A stretch of DNA of 64,000 bases from an archaeon (GTDB lineage Archaea; B1Sed10-29; JAJSAI01): contig JAJSAI010000019.1 of the NCBI GenBank assembly GCA_024274695.1, positions 1-64,000 on the forward strand, written 5' to 3'. Shown here in pieces: positions 54,095-62,776 of this stretch. A program made the position numbers and the translations under genes. Each line of letters starts with the position of its first letter. Positions within the stretch are counted from its first letter, which is position 1. Under the pieces are notes generated by a model. It was not told the origin of the DNA. It did not search any database and worked only from the letters and a program-made list of their open reading frames with translations.

Positions 54095-54957
54095 GTCATC
54101 AGCCCCAGGATGGTCTCCTGCAGCCAGGGGAACACGCCTAAGAGTATGACTGCTGCCGCCAGCGCGCCCGCGAACGCGAGGCGCGCTCTGTCTTCCTTTT
54201 TCCGTCTCCCCGGGCCTGCCAGCAGGTAGTACGCCACCTTGTAGTACATTATGAACAGCATCATGGCAAGGAATATTCCAAGAAGTGTTATAAGCGGGTC
54301 CATCGCGAACCCTTTCGTGAAAAGAATCCACTCAGAGACGAAGATGTTGAACCCGGGAAGTCCTGCCAGGGAAAGGCAGGCTATTACAGTGAACAGGTCC
54401 GCCCACCTGCTCACGAACCAGCTTCCCATAAGGTCGCTCAGCCTCTCCTTCCTACGCGCGACCATTCCAATTCCCAGGAACAAGAGGGATCCTGCGATCG
54501 TGTAGTCGAACACTTGTATCGTCTTCAAGAGGCCAGGGTCTGCTGACGCGAACGCAACACTCAGATCAAGGGCCACGAAACCTATCTGCGCGAGGCTGCT
54601 TGCCGCCAGGAACCTGTACATCCGCGGCTCAAGGATACCGTACACCGCAAGCCCTCCTATGCCGAGAGCGAACAGTATCGCGAGCTGCTTTGACCCTGGG
54701 AGCAGCCCGTGCTCGTAGTACCAGAGGAGAGAGCTTGACACCAGTACAGCGGAGAGCATGTTAGCGTGCGCGAAAACAGAATAAGATCTTATTCTCGGGG
54801 ACGCTATCACGATCCCCAGCGCCAGGACTCCTGCAGGAGAGTCCATCAGGAGCAGGGCCGCAGCAGAAGAGGCGAGTATCACTACTGCCTCCTTTTTCCC
54901 GCGCGCCAGCAGGAGGCTTGCGACCGTGACCAGTCCTGTGAGGAACGTCCAGAGCAT
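54091..54957 (-). CDS. Antiporter-like subunit (MrpD/NuoM/NuoN family), half length
   Basis: RFLAASSLAQIGF, LFLGIG, LSLAGLPGFNIFVSEW; only 288 aa. Confidence 0.8.
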   Translation of the reverse strand: MLWTFLTGLVTVASLLLARGKKEAVVILASSAAALLLMDSPAGVLALGIVIASPRIRSYSVFAHANMLSAVLVSSSLLWYYEHGLLPGSKQLAILFALGIGGLAVYGILEPRMYRFLAASSLAQIGFVALDLSVAFASADPGLLKTIQVFDYTIAGSLLFLGIGMVARRKERLSDLMGSWFVSRWADLFTVIACLSLAGLPGFNIFVSEWILFTKGFAMDPLITLLGIFLAMMLFIMYYKVAYYLLAGPGRRKKEDRARLAFAGALAAAVILLGVFPWLQETILGLMT

Positions 54958-55009
54958 GCTATAAGAGGAAGGGCAGGCTGGTTAATAATGCTTTAGGGTT
55001 TTTCTGGTC

Positions 55010-56293
55010 TCACGGGTAGTACCTGTTCACGGTCCTTGGGAAGGGCACTACGTCACGAATGTGGGGCAGGTCCAGAATCCACTTCAGTGTTCTCTCGGTC
55101 CCTAGCCCGAAGCCAGAGTGGGGCACTGACCCGTACCTCCTGAGGTCAACGTACCACTCGTACGCTTTCGGGTCAAGCCCGAACTCTTTTATCTTTTTCT
55201 CCAAAAGGTCCTTATCCCATATCCTCTCACTGCCTCCTATTATCTCCCCGTGCCCCTTCGGGGCCAGCATGTCCGCTGCCTTTACCTTGCCAGGATTCTT
55301 CTCGTCAGGCTGCATGTAGAATGCCTTCATGTCCTCTGGGAACGAGTGAATGAACAGGGGCTTGTCCAGGTCTTTGGTCAAGGCTTCTTCGTGTGGTGCT
55401 CCGGGGTCGTCCCCGTACTCTATGTCAAACCCTTTCTTCTGAAGCTCTTCTATGGCCTCGTCGTAGGACATTCTCGGGAAGGGAGGCTCGACCTTCTTTA
55501 GATCAGCAGGATCCCTGCCGAAGTACTCGAGCAGCGCTTTCTCGTTCTCCGCCATCTTCTGGCAAACGTAGGAGATCATTCTCTCCTGGAAGTCCATGTT
55601 CTTCTCCTGGTCCCACCACGCCATTTCAGCCTCAAGATGCCAGTACTCTGTCAGGTGTTTGGAAGTGTGGCTCTTTTCTGCCCTGAAGCTGGGCGTCAGG
55701 GAGTACACTTTTTCCAGGGAGAATATGAGCGCTTCCAGGTAAAGCTGGGCGCTCTGTGACAAGTAAACCTTTTTCCCGAAGTAGGGGACTTCGAAAAGGG
55801 TAGCACCTCCTTCCGCTCCCGCGACAGTGAATATGGGTGGGAACACCTCATGGAACCCTTCCTTTTCGAAGAACTCCCTGAAGTACTTCATCATCTTCTC
55901 CCTGGCTATCATCGCCCTTGTGATCTTCTGGGCCCTCACGCTCAAGTGCCGCACGTCCATCAAGAACTCGGTGGACTGGTCCTTTGTTATCACGAAAGGC
56001 TCTCTGTTGCACACTACCTCAAGCTTCTCTGCTTTCAGCTCCGCGCCCCCAGGAGCCCTCTCGTCAGGCCTGACCTCTCCTTCTATTATCACGCTCGATT
56101 CTATGTACAGGTCAGACGCCTTCTGGAAGTCCGGGTTATCAGGCTTGAAAACGCACTGTATCACTCCTGTGGAGTCCCTTAGCAGCACGAACACCGCGTT
56201 CTTGGTGACCCTGTGCCTGTACACCCATCCCCTTAGCCTGAACCCGCCCTGCTTTTTTTCAAGGGCCTCCTGGACGCTGGCGAAGGATTCCAT
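55010..56293 (-). CDS. asnS: Asparaginyl-tRNA synthetase
   Basis: OB-fold LRGWV..LRDSTG, EGGATLF, YLSQSAQLYLE, FRAEKS, EIIGGSER, RYGSVPHSGFGLG. Confidence 0.88.
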   Translation of the reverse strand: MESFASVQEALEKKQGGFRLRGWVYRHRVTKNAVFVLLRDSTGVIQCVFKPDNPDFQKASDLYIESSVIIEGEVRPDERAPGGAELKAEKLEVVCNREPFVITKDQSTEFLMDVRHLSVRAQKITRAMIAREKMMKYFREFFEKEGFHEVFPPIFTVAGAEGGATLFEVPYFGKKVYLSQSAQLYLEALIFSLEKVYSLTPSFRAEKSHTSKHLTEYWHLEAEMAWWDQEKNMDFQERMISYVCQKMAENEKALLEYFGRDPADLKKVEPPFPRMSYDEAIEELQKKGFDIEYGDDPGAPHEEALTKDLDKPLFIHSFPEDMKAFYMQPDEKNPGKVKAADMLAPKGHGEIIGGSERIWDKDLLEKKIKEFGLDPKAYEWYVDLRRYGSVPHSGFGLGTERTLKWILDLPHIRDVVPFPRTVNRYYP

Positions 56294-56335
56294 GGATCAT
56301 TATACCCTGTCACGTTTTAAAACACTTGCCTGTTC

Positions 56336-56617
56336 CTACCACACCTGCGCGCTCGGGGGGAACACGAGGCCAGCCAGAACGCTCGCCAGCACAATAACCC
56401 TGAGAACCAGCCTAAGCTTTTTACCTATTCTCGCAGGACTCTCTTGGGTTCTTGCGCTCAAGAGTTCGTCGAACTCTATGACTGCTATCATGACCGGGTA
56501 CACTATCCTCTGGAACCCGAGAATCCAGTCCCCCACGGTCCTCGTCCCGAGCAGCATGCTCCCGAGGATAACGCTTGGGATGACTGAGAACAGGAGAACA
56601 AGCACCCCGGTTACCAC
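56336..56617 (-). CDS. Small hypothetical membrane protein
   Basis: Hydrophobic segments; co-oriented within the operon. Confidence 0.5.
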   Translation of the reverse strand: MVTGVLVLLFSVIPSVILGSMLLGTRTVGDWILGFQRIVYPVMIAVIEFDELLSARTQESPARIGKKLRLVLRVIVLASVLAGLVFPPSAQVW

Positions 56618-57018
56618 CAGGCTCTTAAGGTCCCTCGCCAGGGTTTCACGTTCTTCTCGGCCAGCACGCTGGCCTGGTCCACAGCCAGGTACACGATCCC
56701 CAGGGAAGTGCCGATGCTAAACCCCAGCGTTCTCGGGACGAAGGTAAAGAAAAGCTCGGGCCCGAAGAGGAAAAGGGTGAACACCGTGTTAAGGTAGGAG
56801 AAGATCTTCAAAAGGCCCGCTGGATCAGGCCTGCTGCCGTTAGCGTACCAGTCCAGGGCCTTCAGCCCTGCCGCGATAACACCGCAAGCCATGAGGCCCG
56901 TGTAGTAGAATCCTGTGATCCAGTAGACGCGCGATGAATGCTTTACTAGTTCGGCCAGCCCGACGAGAAGGGTGTTCCAAGCCAGTAACAGCAGAACCCT
57001 TTCAGCCCTCGTGTTCAT
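56611..57018 (-). CDS. Hypothetical four-TM membrane protein
   Basis: Four hydrophobic segments; starts 6 nt after the aCPSF1 stop. Confidence 0.6.
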   Translation of the reverse strand: MNTRAERVLLLLAWNTLLVGLAELVKHSSRVYWITGFYYTGLMACGVIAAGLKALDWYANGSRPDPAGLLKIFSYLNTVFTLFLFGPELFFTFVPRTLGFSIGTSLGIVYLAVDQASVLAEKNVKPWRGTLRAWW

Positions 57019-57024
57019 CCAGCA

Positions 57025-58917
57025 TTACCTTAGCCTGATGCTGTCAAGGTTCCTCGGGCTCATGGTTTCTACCCTGAACTTGTACCCGATGCTCCTCGCG
57101 AGGTTAAGGCACTTTGATTCTTCCCCGTGGACGGTCAGGACCCTTTCAGGCTTGGGGGTGAGTTTCTTGTAGAACCCGAGCAGCTGGTTATAGTCCGCGT
57201 GGCCTGAGAGCCCGTCTATTGTTTCTATCCTCATGTTTATCTTGTACTGTTTCAGCCTGCCGTTGTCCTCCAGCGCGACTTCTCTCGCTCCCCTTTGGAT
57301 TTTCCTTCCAAGGCTTCCTTCCGCCTGGTATCCTGCGAACATGAGCGTGTTCCTCTCGTCCTCGGCAAGGTGCTTGAAGTATTCTATCACCGGGCCTCCT
57401 GACATCATTCCAGCAGGAGAGAGTATGATCGCTCTTCCCTCGTCTATTATGCTCTGTCTCTTCTTGGGGTCAACGTTCTGGAATACCGGAGAATCGAAAG
57501 GAGAGTCATCGTGCAGTATCCTCCTCTTGACGCTCTTTTTCAGGTACTCCGGGTACGCTGAGTGTATGGCGCTGGCTTCTTTTATCATCCCGTCAAGGTA
57601 TACTGGGATGTCCCAGTCGTTCTCCCGGGATGCCTTTTCTATTATCAGCATTATCTCCTGCGCTCTTTCCACGGCAAAGCTGGGTATGAGGACGATGCCG
57701 TTCTTTTCTATTGTTTCCTTTACTATGTCAAGCATTTTCTTTTCTGCCACGTACCTTGGAGGGTGAACGTCCTTGTTACCCCCTCCGTACGTTGATTCTA
57801 TTATCAGGGTTTCTATCCTCGGGTAGCTTACGTCAGCAGGGTCAAGGAGTTCGGTGTACCCGAACTTCATGTCACCAGTGTACACGAGGTTGTGTGCGCC
57901 TTCTCCGACGTGCAGGTGGATTATGCTTGACCCGAGTATGTGTCCTGCGTTGTGCAGGGTGAGCCTTATGTCAGGGGCGATGTCCGTGACCTCCCCGTAC
58001 TCTCTCGGGATGCAGTATTTTATCTCTTTTTTTATCTCCTTCTGCGAGTACGGAGCCTCTTCAGCGTTCCGGTACGCTATGTTAACGTAGTCTTTCTGGA
58101 GCAGGGCCATCACGTCCCTAGTTGCTGGAGTGCAGTACACTGGTCCCTTGTACCCGTACTGGAACAAGTAGGGCAGGAACCCTGAGTGGTCAAGGTGGCC
58201 GTGAGAGATTATCACGGCGTCAAGCTCGTCCAGGGAAAAGTCTACGGAGCTCATGTAAGGGAATGCTCTCTTGGGGTCGCTGGTGGCCACGTTCACGCCG
58301 CAGTCCAGCAGGACCTTGCTCTCAGGAGTTTCCAGCAAGAAGCAGCTTCTCCCAACTTCTCTTGCTCCTCCCAGTGCCGTGAGCCTTATCCACTCTGTCT
58401 TCTTCCCCTCGCGGTAGATGTTCTTCCCAACATTCTTCAGGAACTTTTTGATGTCCTTGCTCTCCTTGATGAGCGTGTTCCTTATTCCTTCCATCATGTC
58501 TGACTTTGCGGTGGGCACTCTCCAGAGTCTCGGGCTCCAGCCTGTTTCCTTTGTTATCTGCTTGAGCGTGGACCCTCTGGGGCCTATAACGAGCCCAAGC
58601 TTTTTGGCTTCTATCACGACCTCGTGGAACTCTGGCCTGAAGCTGATCCTGGTTATCTCTGCTTCGGGGGGAACGATTTCTCTTATCTTCTTTTCAGCCT
58701 TTTCAGGGTCTGCCAGAAGGCCTGCTGACGCCCTTAGTATAAAGTGCTTTTTGAGCTTGCTCGCAAGGCCCCTTATTATGCTCTCGTCGTTCATGAACTC
58801 TTCTATCTTGCTCGTATAGAGCACTATCTCCGGGCCTTCCACTTCTACCTTGTCCACCAGGCTCTTGTCAGGCAGACTTTCAAGTACCCTTTTCTCTATT
58901 TCCTTCGCAAAATCCAC
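57025..58917 (-). CDS. fttA: aCPSF1/FttA beta-CASP ribonuclease (transcription termination factor)
   Basis: N-terminal KH domains (EGPEIVLY, GLVIG..G), HGHLDH, AGHILGS, SGHAD, HGE; adjacent to psmB. Confidence 0.93.
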   Translation of the reverse strand: MDFAKEIEKRVLESLPDKSLVDKVEVEGPEIVLYTSKIEEFMNDESIIRGLASKLKKHFILRASAGLLADPEKAEKKIREIVPPEAEITRISFRPEFHEVVIEAKKLGLVIGPRGSTLKQITKETGWSPRLWRVPTAKSDMMEGIRNTLIKESKDIKKFLKNVGKNIYREGKKTEWIRLTALGGAREVGRSCFLLETPESKVLLDCGVNVATSDPKRAFPYMSSVDFSLDELDAVIISHGHLDHSGFLPYLFQYGYKGPVYCTPATRDVMALLQKDYVNIAYRNAEEAPYSQKEIKKEIKYCIPREYGEVTDIAPDIRLTLHNAGHILGSSIIHLHVGEGAHNLVYTGDMKFGYTELLDPADVSYPRIETLIIESTYGGGNKDVHPPRYVAEKKMLDIVKETIEKNGIVLIPSFAVERAQEIMLIIEKASRENDWDIPVYLDGMIKEASAIHSAYPEYLKKSVKRRILHDDSPFDSPVFQNVDPKKRQSIIDEGRAIILSPAGMMSGGPVIEYFKHLAEDERNTLMFAGYQAEGSLGRKIQRGAREVALEDNGRLKQYKINMRIETIDGLSGHADYNQLLGFYKKLTPKPERVLTVHGEESKCLNLARSIGYKFRVETMSPRNLDSIRLR

Positions 58918-58927
58918 GGTTTCCTCC

Positions 58928-59557
58928 TCACAAGAGTTTTTCTATCTCGTGCTTTGTGAGCTTCCTGAACCCTTTCTCGTCTATCACGGCAATGTTTATT
59001 CCTTCTCCTGAAGCTGAGTCCCTTTGCATGGCAGCCCAGACAGCCTTGGCTGCTACTGGAAGAGCTTCCTTCACGGTGTACGTTTTCTTGTCCCTCAGCT
59101 TTTCTTCCAGCACACCGTAGGCCACAGGAGAACCTGAGCCGGTGCTCATGAAGCCTGCGGACATTTTCCCGCCCGCAGCATCAATCTCGTACAAGGCGGG
59201 CCCGTTGTCATCATATCCGCCCATTAGTATCTCTACCCAGTAAGGGAAGTACTTTGACTCCTGCAGTATGTTCGCGAGAAGCGTTGACGCTGCCTCCACG
59301 GAGATCCTTTTTCTCTTCTGCTTCTCGTAGAGAGAGCAGTTAACTGACATTATCCTTGCGAGACTCTGGTTGTCTCCCACAAGCCCTGCTGTTGTTATCG
59401 CGATGTGGGGCTGGATGGGCAGGATCTTTTCAACTTCCTTGTTTGCTATGAAGTGTCCCATGGTTGCTCTCATGTCAGCGGCGAGTATAACCCCGTCACT
59501 GCACTTTATTCCAACTGTAGTAGTACCAGTCTTGATTGAATCGCGCATGAAATCCAC
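58928..59557 (-). CDS. psmB: Proteasome beta subunit
   Basis: Propeptide then G|TTTVG, AADMRAT.G, TGSGSP.AYG, RDSASG. Confidence 0.96.
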   Translation of the reverse strand: MDFMRDSIKTGTTTVGIKCSDGVILAADMRATMGHFIANKEVEKILPIQPHIAITTAGLVGDNQSLARIMSVNCSLYEKQKRKRISVEAASTLLANILQESKYFPYWVEILMGGYDDNGPALYEIDAAGGKMSAGFMSTGSGSPVAYGVLEEKLRDKKTYTVKEALPVAAKAVWAAMQRDSASGEGINIAVIDEKGFRKLTKHEIEKLL

Positions 59558-59673
59558 CTAAAAATTTGGTGTTGTCTCTTGGGTGAGCTCTAACAGTTTT
59601 CCTGCAGTGAGTATTTAAAGGTTATGGTTTTGAGGGGTTTACGGTTATTGCCGTGGTCCTGTTCCCGCGCGCT

Positions 59674-60321
59674 TTAGTACTCTTCCACTATCCTGACCTT
59701 CTTTTTCTTCAAGTGCTTTTTGACGAGCTCCGCGAACAGCGCCTTTCTCACGTCAAGACTTCCAAGCTTTCTTGCTTCTTCTGGAAGGGTTATCTCCAGC
59801 ACATCTCCCTCAATCTTCCAGCTTGGCTTGACTCCCGGAAACGCGAGCTCTGCCATTATCTTGACCTTATCGTCGTCGGTCTCAGCCTTTTCAACCACCT
59901 TGACCCAGTACTCAACCTCTTTTCCAGCCAGCTCGTGGTTGAAGTCTATCTGGACCCTACCGCTTGACACGCTGAGCACTCTCGCCCTTCTTCCCTCTAC
60001 TTCCACAGGCATTCCTGGGACGGGAGTGATATTGTTCTTTTTGAAAACACTCTCCGGCACGACTGTTATCAGGCTAGGATCTCTCTTGCCGAACGCTTTC
60101 TCAGGAGGAATCTTAACAGTCTTCTCCTCTCCCTTTTTCATTCCCTTCAAAGCCTCTTCAAGCCCAGGGATAACCTGCCCGTCGCCGACGATTACAGGGA
60201 GAGGCTCGTACTTTATCTTGTCAGAGTAGATGTTCTCCTTTTTCGCGACCTCTGCTATTGTCGTGTCGAACACTTTTCCATCCGCTTTTGCGGTAAAGTC
60301 TATTTTTACAAATTCTGCCAT
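59674..60321 (-). CDS. FKBP-type peptidyl-prolyl isomerase (long archaeal/SlyD type)
   Basis: GKVFDTT, VIPGLEEAL, IPPEKAFG.RD, DFNHELAGK. Confidence 0.93.
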   Translation of the reverse strand: MAEFVKIDFTAKADGKVFDTTIAEVAKKENIYSDKIKYEPLPVIVGDGQVIPGLEEALKGMKKGEEKTVKIPPEKAFGKRDPSLITVVPESVFKKNNITPVPGMPVEVEGRRARVLSVSSGRVQIDFNHELAGKEVEYWVKVVEKAETDDDKVKIMAELAFPGVKPSWKIEGDVLEITLPEEARKLGSLDVRKALFAELVKKHLKKKKVRIVEEY

Positions 60322-60396
60322 GCTTGCAACCTCCGAAACGAATTTAATAAGCTTTCTTGTATAACCTTCCTATCCTCACGTTTAAAAGGGTGTTGT

Positions 60397-61524
60397 TTGA
60401 TGAAGACGGAGACAAAAATTCTGATACTCGCGCTCGTGCTCACCCTCTCAGCGGGTCCTCTTGCCTGGGTGTTCAGCTCGCCCGCAGTGAAGCAGCTTCC
60501 TCCAGTAAGCCCTGAGAAGGAGCACGGGGTGTCCAGTCTTGTGTCCTCGGTGAGCTTTGTTGTTCCCGCGAACATAACCCGTGCCGGGGACACTCTCGTG
60601 GTCTCGGGAAAATCACTGTTCGCCATGAAGGACACGGCAGAAGAGCTCGCCTGCGGTGTTGCTAAAGAGTACAACATCTCACAGGACAACTGCGAGGTGC
60701 TGATGGCCTTGAACCCTGACGGGCCGGGATACGTGTACACGGTCCAGGTTTCAGGGGTTAATGACAGCATAAGAAAAGAGCTCGGTTTCAGGATAGTTTA
60801 CAGGCTCAGGAGAGCGGGAGTTTTCGGCTCGGCGGTCGTGCCCCCCGTGTTCTCGGCGGTAGTCAGCCTGCCTGACACGATAGTCCTTCCTGATAACACC
60901 ACGCTGAACAACTCAAAGCACATGGCCCTGTCAGGAGTGCCTGTGGTGTACTCTAGCAGGACCAACGAGACAGTGCTACTGAACTGCACCGCGGCGGTTA
61001 TAAGGAACAAGATACTCTCCCTCTCCGCGTGCAGGGACGTGAGAGCAGTTCCGGACGACAGGTTCATGGGACTGTCCCCCTTTGACCTCATGATAACCCC
61101 CCTGAAGTACTCTGAAGAGAACATTACCGTCGTGGCACAGAACGAGACCAGGATCACAGCATCCTTTGACCCGTCACTTAACATAACAGAGGAACAGGTG
61201 AAAAGCGCGCTGAACTGGACGAACGTTTACTCCGTGGCTATAGGGAACGGGTCCATGTCACTGCTCATAGCGCCTCTTGCCAATGTCTCCAGGGCAAGAT
61301 CATCCCTGCAGGCCCTCGGTGCGTCGGTTGACTCGGTGGAGTGGAACACCAAGTTCCTGCTGGACAAGCCCAAGATTACTTTGGACGGGAAGGAGTACCT
61401 GCTCCTGATAAACTTTTTCCAGGAATGGGTTAACGAGTCCCTTTCTCCTGGAACCGTCCTAGAAAAAAGGCTGGAGTTCAGCACCAAGTACGGGGAGATA
61501 ATAGGCGTTGGGCTCGCTAGCTAA
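60397..61524 (+). CDS. Hypothetical exported glycoprotein
   Basis: N-terminal hydrophobic helix; many N-x-S/T sequons. Confidence 0.7.
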   Translation: MMKTETKILILALVLTLSAGPLAWVFSSPAVKQLPPVSPEKEHGVSSLVSSVSFVVPANITRAGDTLVVSGKSLFAMKDTAEELACGVAKEYNISQDNCEVLMALNPDGPGYVYTVQVSGVNDSIRKELGFRIVYRLRRAGVFGSAVVPPVFSAVVSLPDTIVLPDNTTLNNSKHMALSGVPVVYSSRTNETVLLNCTAAVIRNKILSLSACRDVRAVPDDRFMGLSPFDLMITPLKYSEENITVVAQNETRITASFDPSLNITEEQVKSALNWTNVYSVAIGNGSMSLLIAPLANVSRARSSLQALGASVDSVEWNTKFLLDKPKITLDGKEYLLLINFFQEWVNESLSPGTVLEKRLEFSTKYGEIIGVGLAS

Positions 61525-61840
61525 GCCGGAGTATCGCCTCTGCAATGTCCCCTCCGGTTTCACGCAGCGCTTTTTCAGCCTCTTCTGCTGTTCTCCCTGT
61601 CTTTTCTGCCACGAGCTTCACGTCATCCTCAGAGAACGGTTTAAGCTCCTCCTCAACCGCGTTACCCATAACCTGCCAGGTCTTCTGGCCCTGCGCCTCG
61701 ATAAGAAGCACCTGAGGATTCGTTATCCTGATTATCTTGTCTGATGACTTGATTATCACCTCGTCCGCCGGGACGGGAGACTGTTTTATTCCAAGCTGCT
61801 TCATCATCTTTTCCATCATCTTCGGATTCATTCCCATCAT
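61517..61840 (-). CDS. nac: Archaeal nascent polypeptide-associated complex protein
   Basis: MNPKMMEKMMKQLGI, I.NPQV, EDDVKLV..., GGDIAEAI. Confidence 0.94.
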   Translation of the reverse strand: MMGMNPKMMEKMMKQLGIKQSPVPADEVIIKSSDKIIRITNPQVLLIEAQGQKTWQVMGNAVEEELKPFSEDDVKLVAEKTGRTAEEAEKALRETGGDIAEAILRLS

Positions 61841-61914
61841 GAACCTTCTTCTAAACGTTCTGTTTTAAAGCACTTGTCGTTACTTTTTTAACCGCCTGCT
61901 GCCTAACCTTCCAC

Positions 61915-62544
61915 ATGATAGTTATCGGTAACCTGAAGGCTTACGAGAAGGTGTTTCAAGGGACTGACGTTGACAGCGCTGTGCTTGAGGCAATAAGGGA
62001 ATACGTTTCCTCAGGAGGTGTGATCAAGCTTGAGAGTGTTACCCCCATGAAAATCGCGTACCCCAGCAGGAACAGGCTCAAGGCCCAGCTTGACGAGGTC
62101 AGGGCAAAAAAGAGGAAGATCACAGAGGAAATGAGGAACCTGCGCAGAAAACAGGAGAAAGGAAAGAAAGCCCTCCGGAAAATAAAGGTTATCGCAGACC
62201 CCTTGTATTGGAAGCACAGGATAAAACTGCTCGCCGATCCAGGATACCGGAAAGCGTACGAGACCGTTGAAATGCCGGTAGCGGCCATGACAGACCCTAA
62301 GCACAGGAAAATGGTGGAGATGTTTGTCACGAACCCAGAGTACCGCGAGAGGCTGGTGGAGGCCAGGACATCTGTCATAGGAAGGTCCAGGGGTTCCATA
62401 AGAGAGAGTGTGGAAAAGTCGGACAAGTTCAAGGAAGAAGTGATAAGCGAGAGGCTCGGCAAGCTAGAGAAGGAACTTGAAAAGTACGAGCGGAGGGAGA
62501 AGGCCCTCAACACACTGCTACAGTTTTCAAGCAAGGTTTTCTAA
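61915..62544 (+). CDS. Hypothetical coiled-coil protein
   Basis: Long charged ORF with a TATA-like box upstream; no known motif. Confidence 0.7.
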   Translation: MIVIGNLKAYEKVFQGTDVDSAVLEAIREYVSSGGVIKLESVTPMKIAYPSRNRLKAQLDEVRAKKRKITEEMRNLRRKQEKGKKALRKIKVIADPLYWKHRIKLLADPGYRKAYETVEMPVAAMTDPKHRKMVEMFVTNPEYRERLVEARTSVIGRSRGSIRESVEKSDKFKEEVISERLGKLEKELEKYERREKALNTLLQFSSKVF

Positions 62545-62723
62545 AACCAGAGTGGTCTTCCTTTTGCGATGAATGCGATTACTTCCAGGATCGTGGGAAG
62601 CGCGAACAGTATCACGGCTCCCTTTGCCTGATTCTTTTCCAGCACGTTTCCCCTGTCAGCAGCGCCCACGAGCACCGCGAGCAAGAGCATGCTAAAGAGC
62701 CAGCTGAACACCCACTCTATCAT
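62541..62723 (-). CDS. Small two-TM membrane protein
   Basis: 60-aa ORF with two hydrophobic segments filling the gap between genes. Confidence 0.5.
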   Translation of the reverse strand: MIEWVFSWLFSMLLLAVLVGAADRGNVLEKNQAKGAVILFALPTILEVIAFIAKGRPLWF

Positions 62724-62776
62724 AGGATACGAAAGGAAGCGATCGTTTTTATTGTTTTCCAGCGGAGAATACTCTC

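Noticed and set aside
50928-54957. Respiratory complex I (nuo) operon
   Set aside because: The large subunit has both Ni-ligating CxxC motifs and a cleavable tail, and a maturation protease is adjacent, so it is a hydrogenase.
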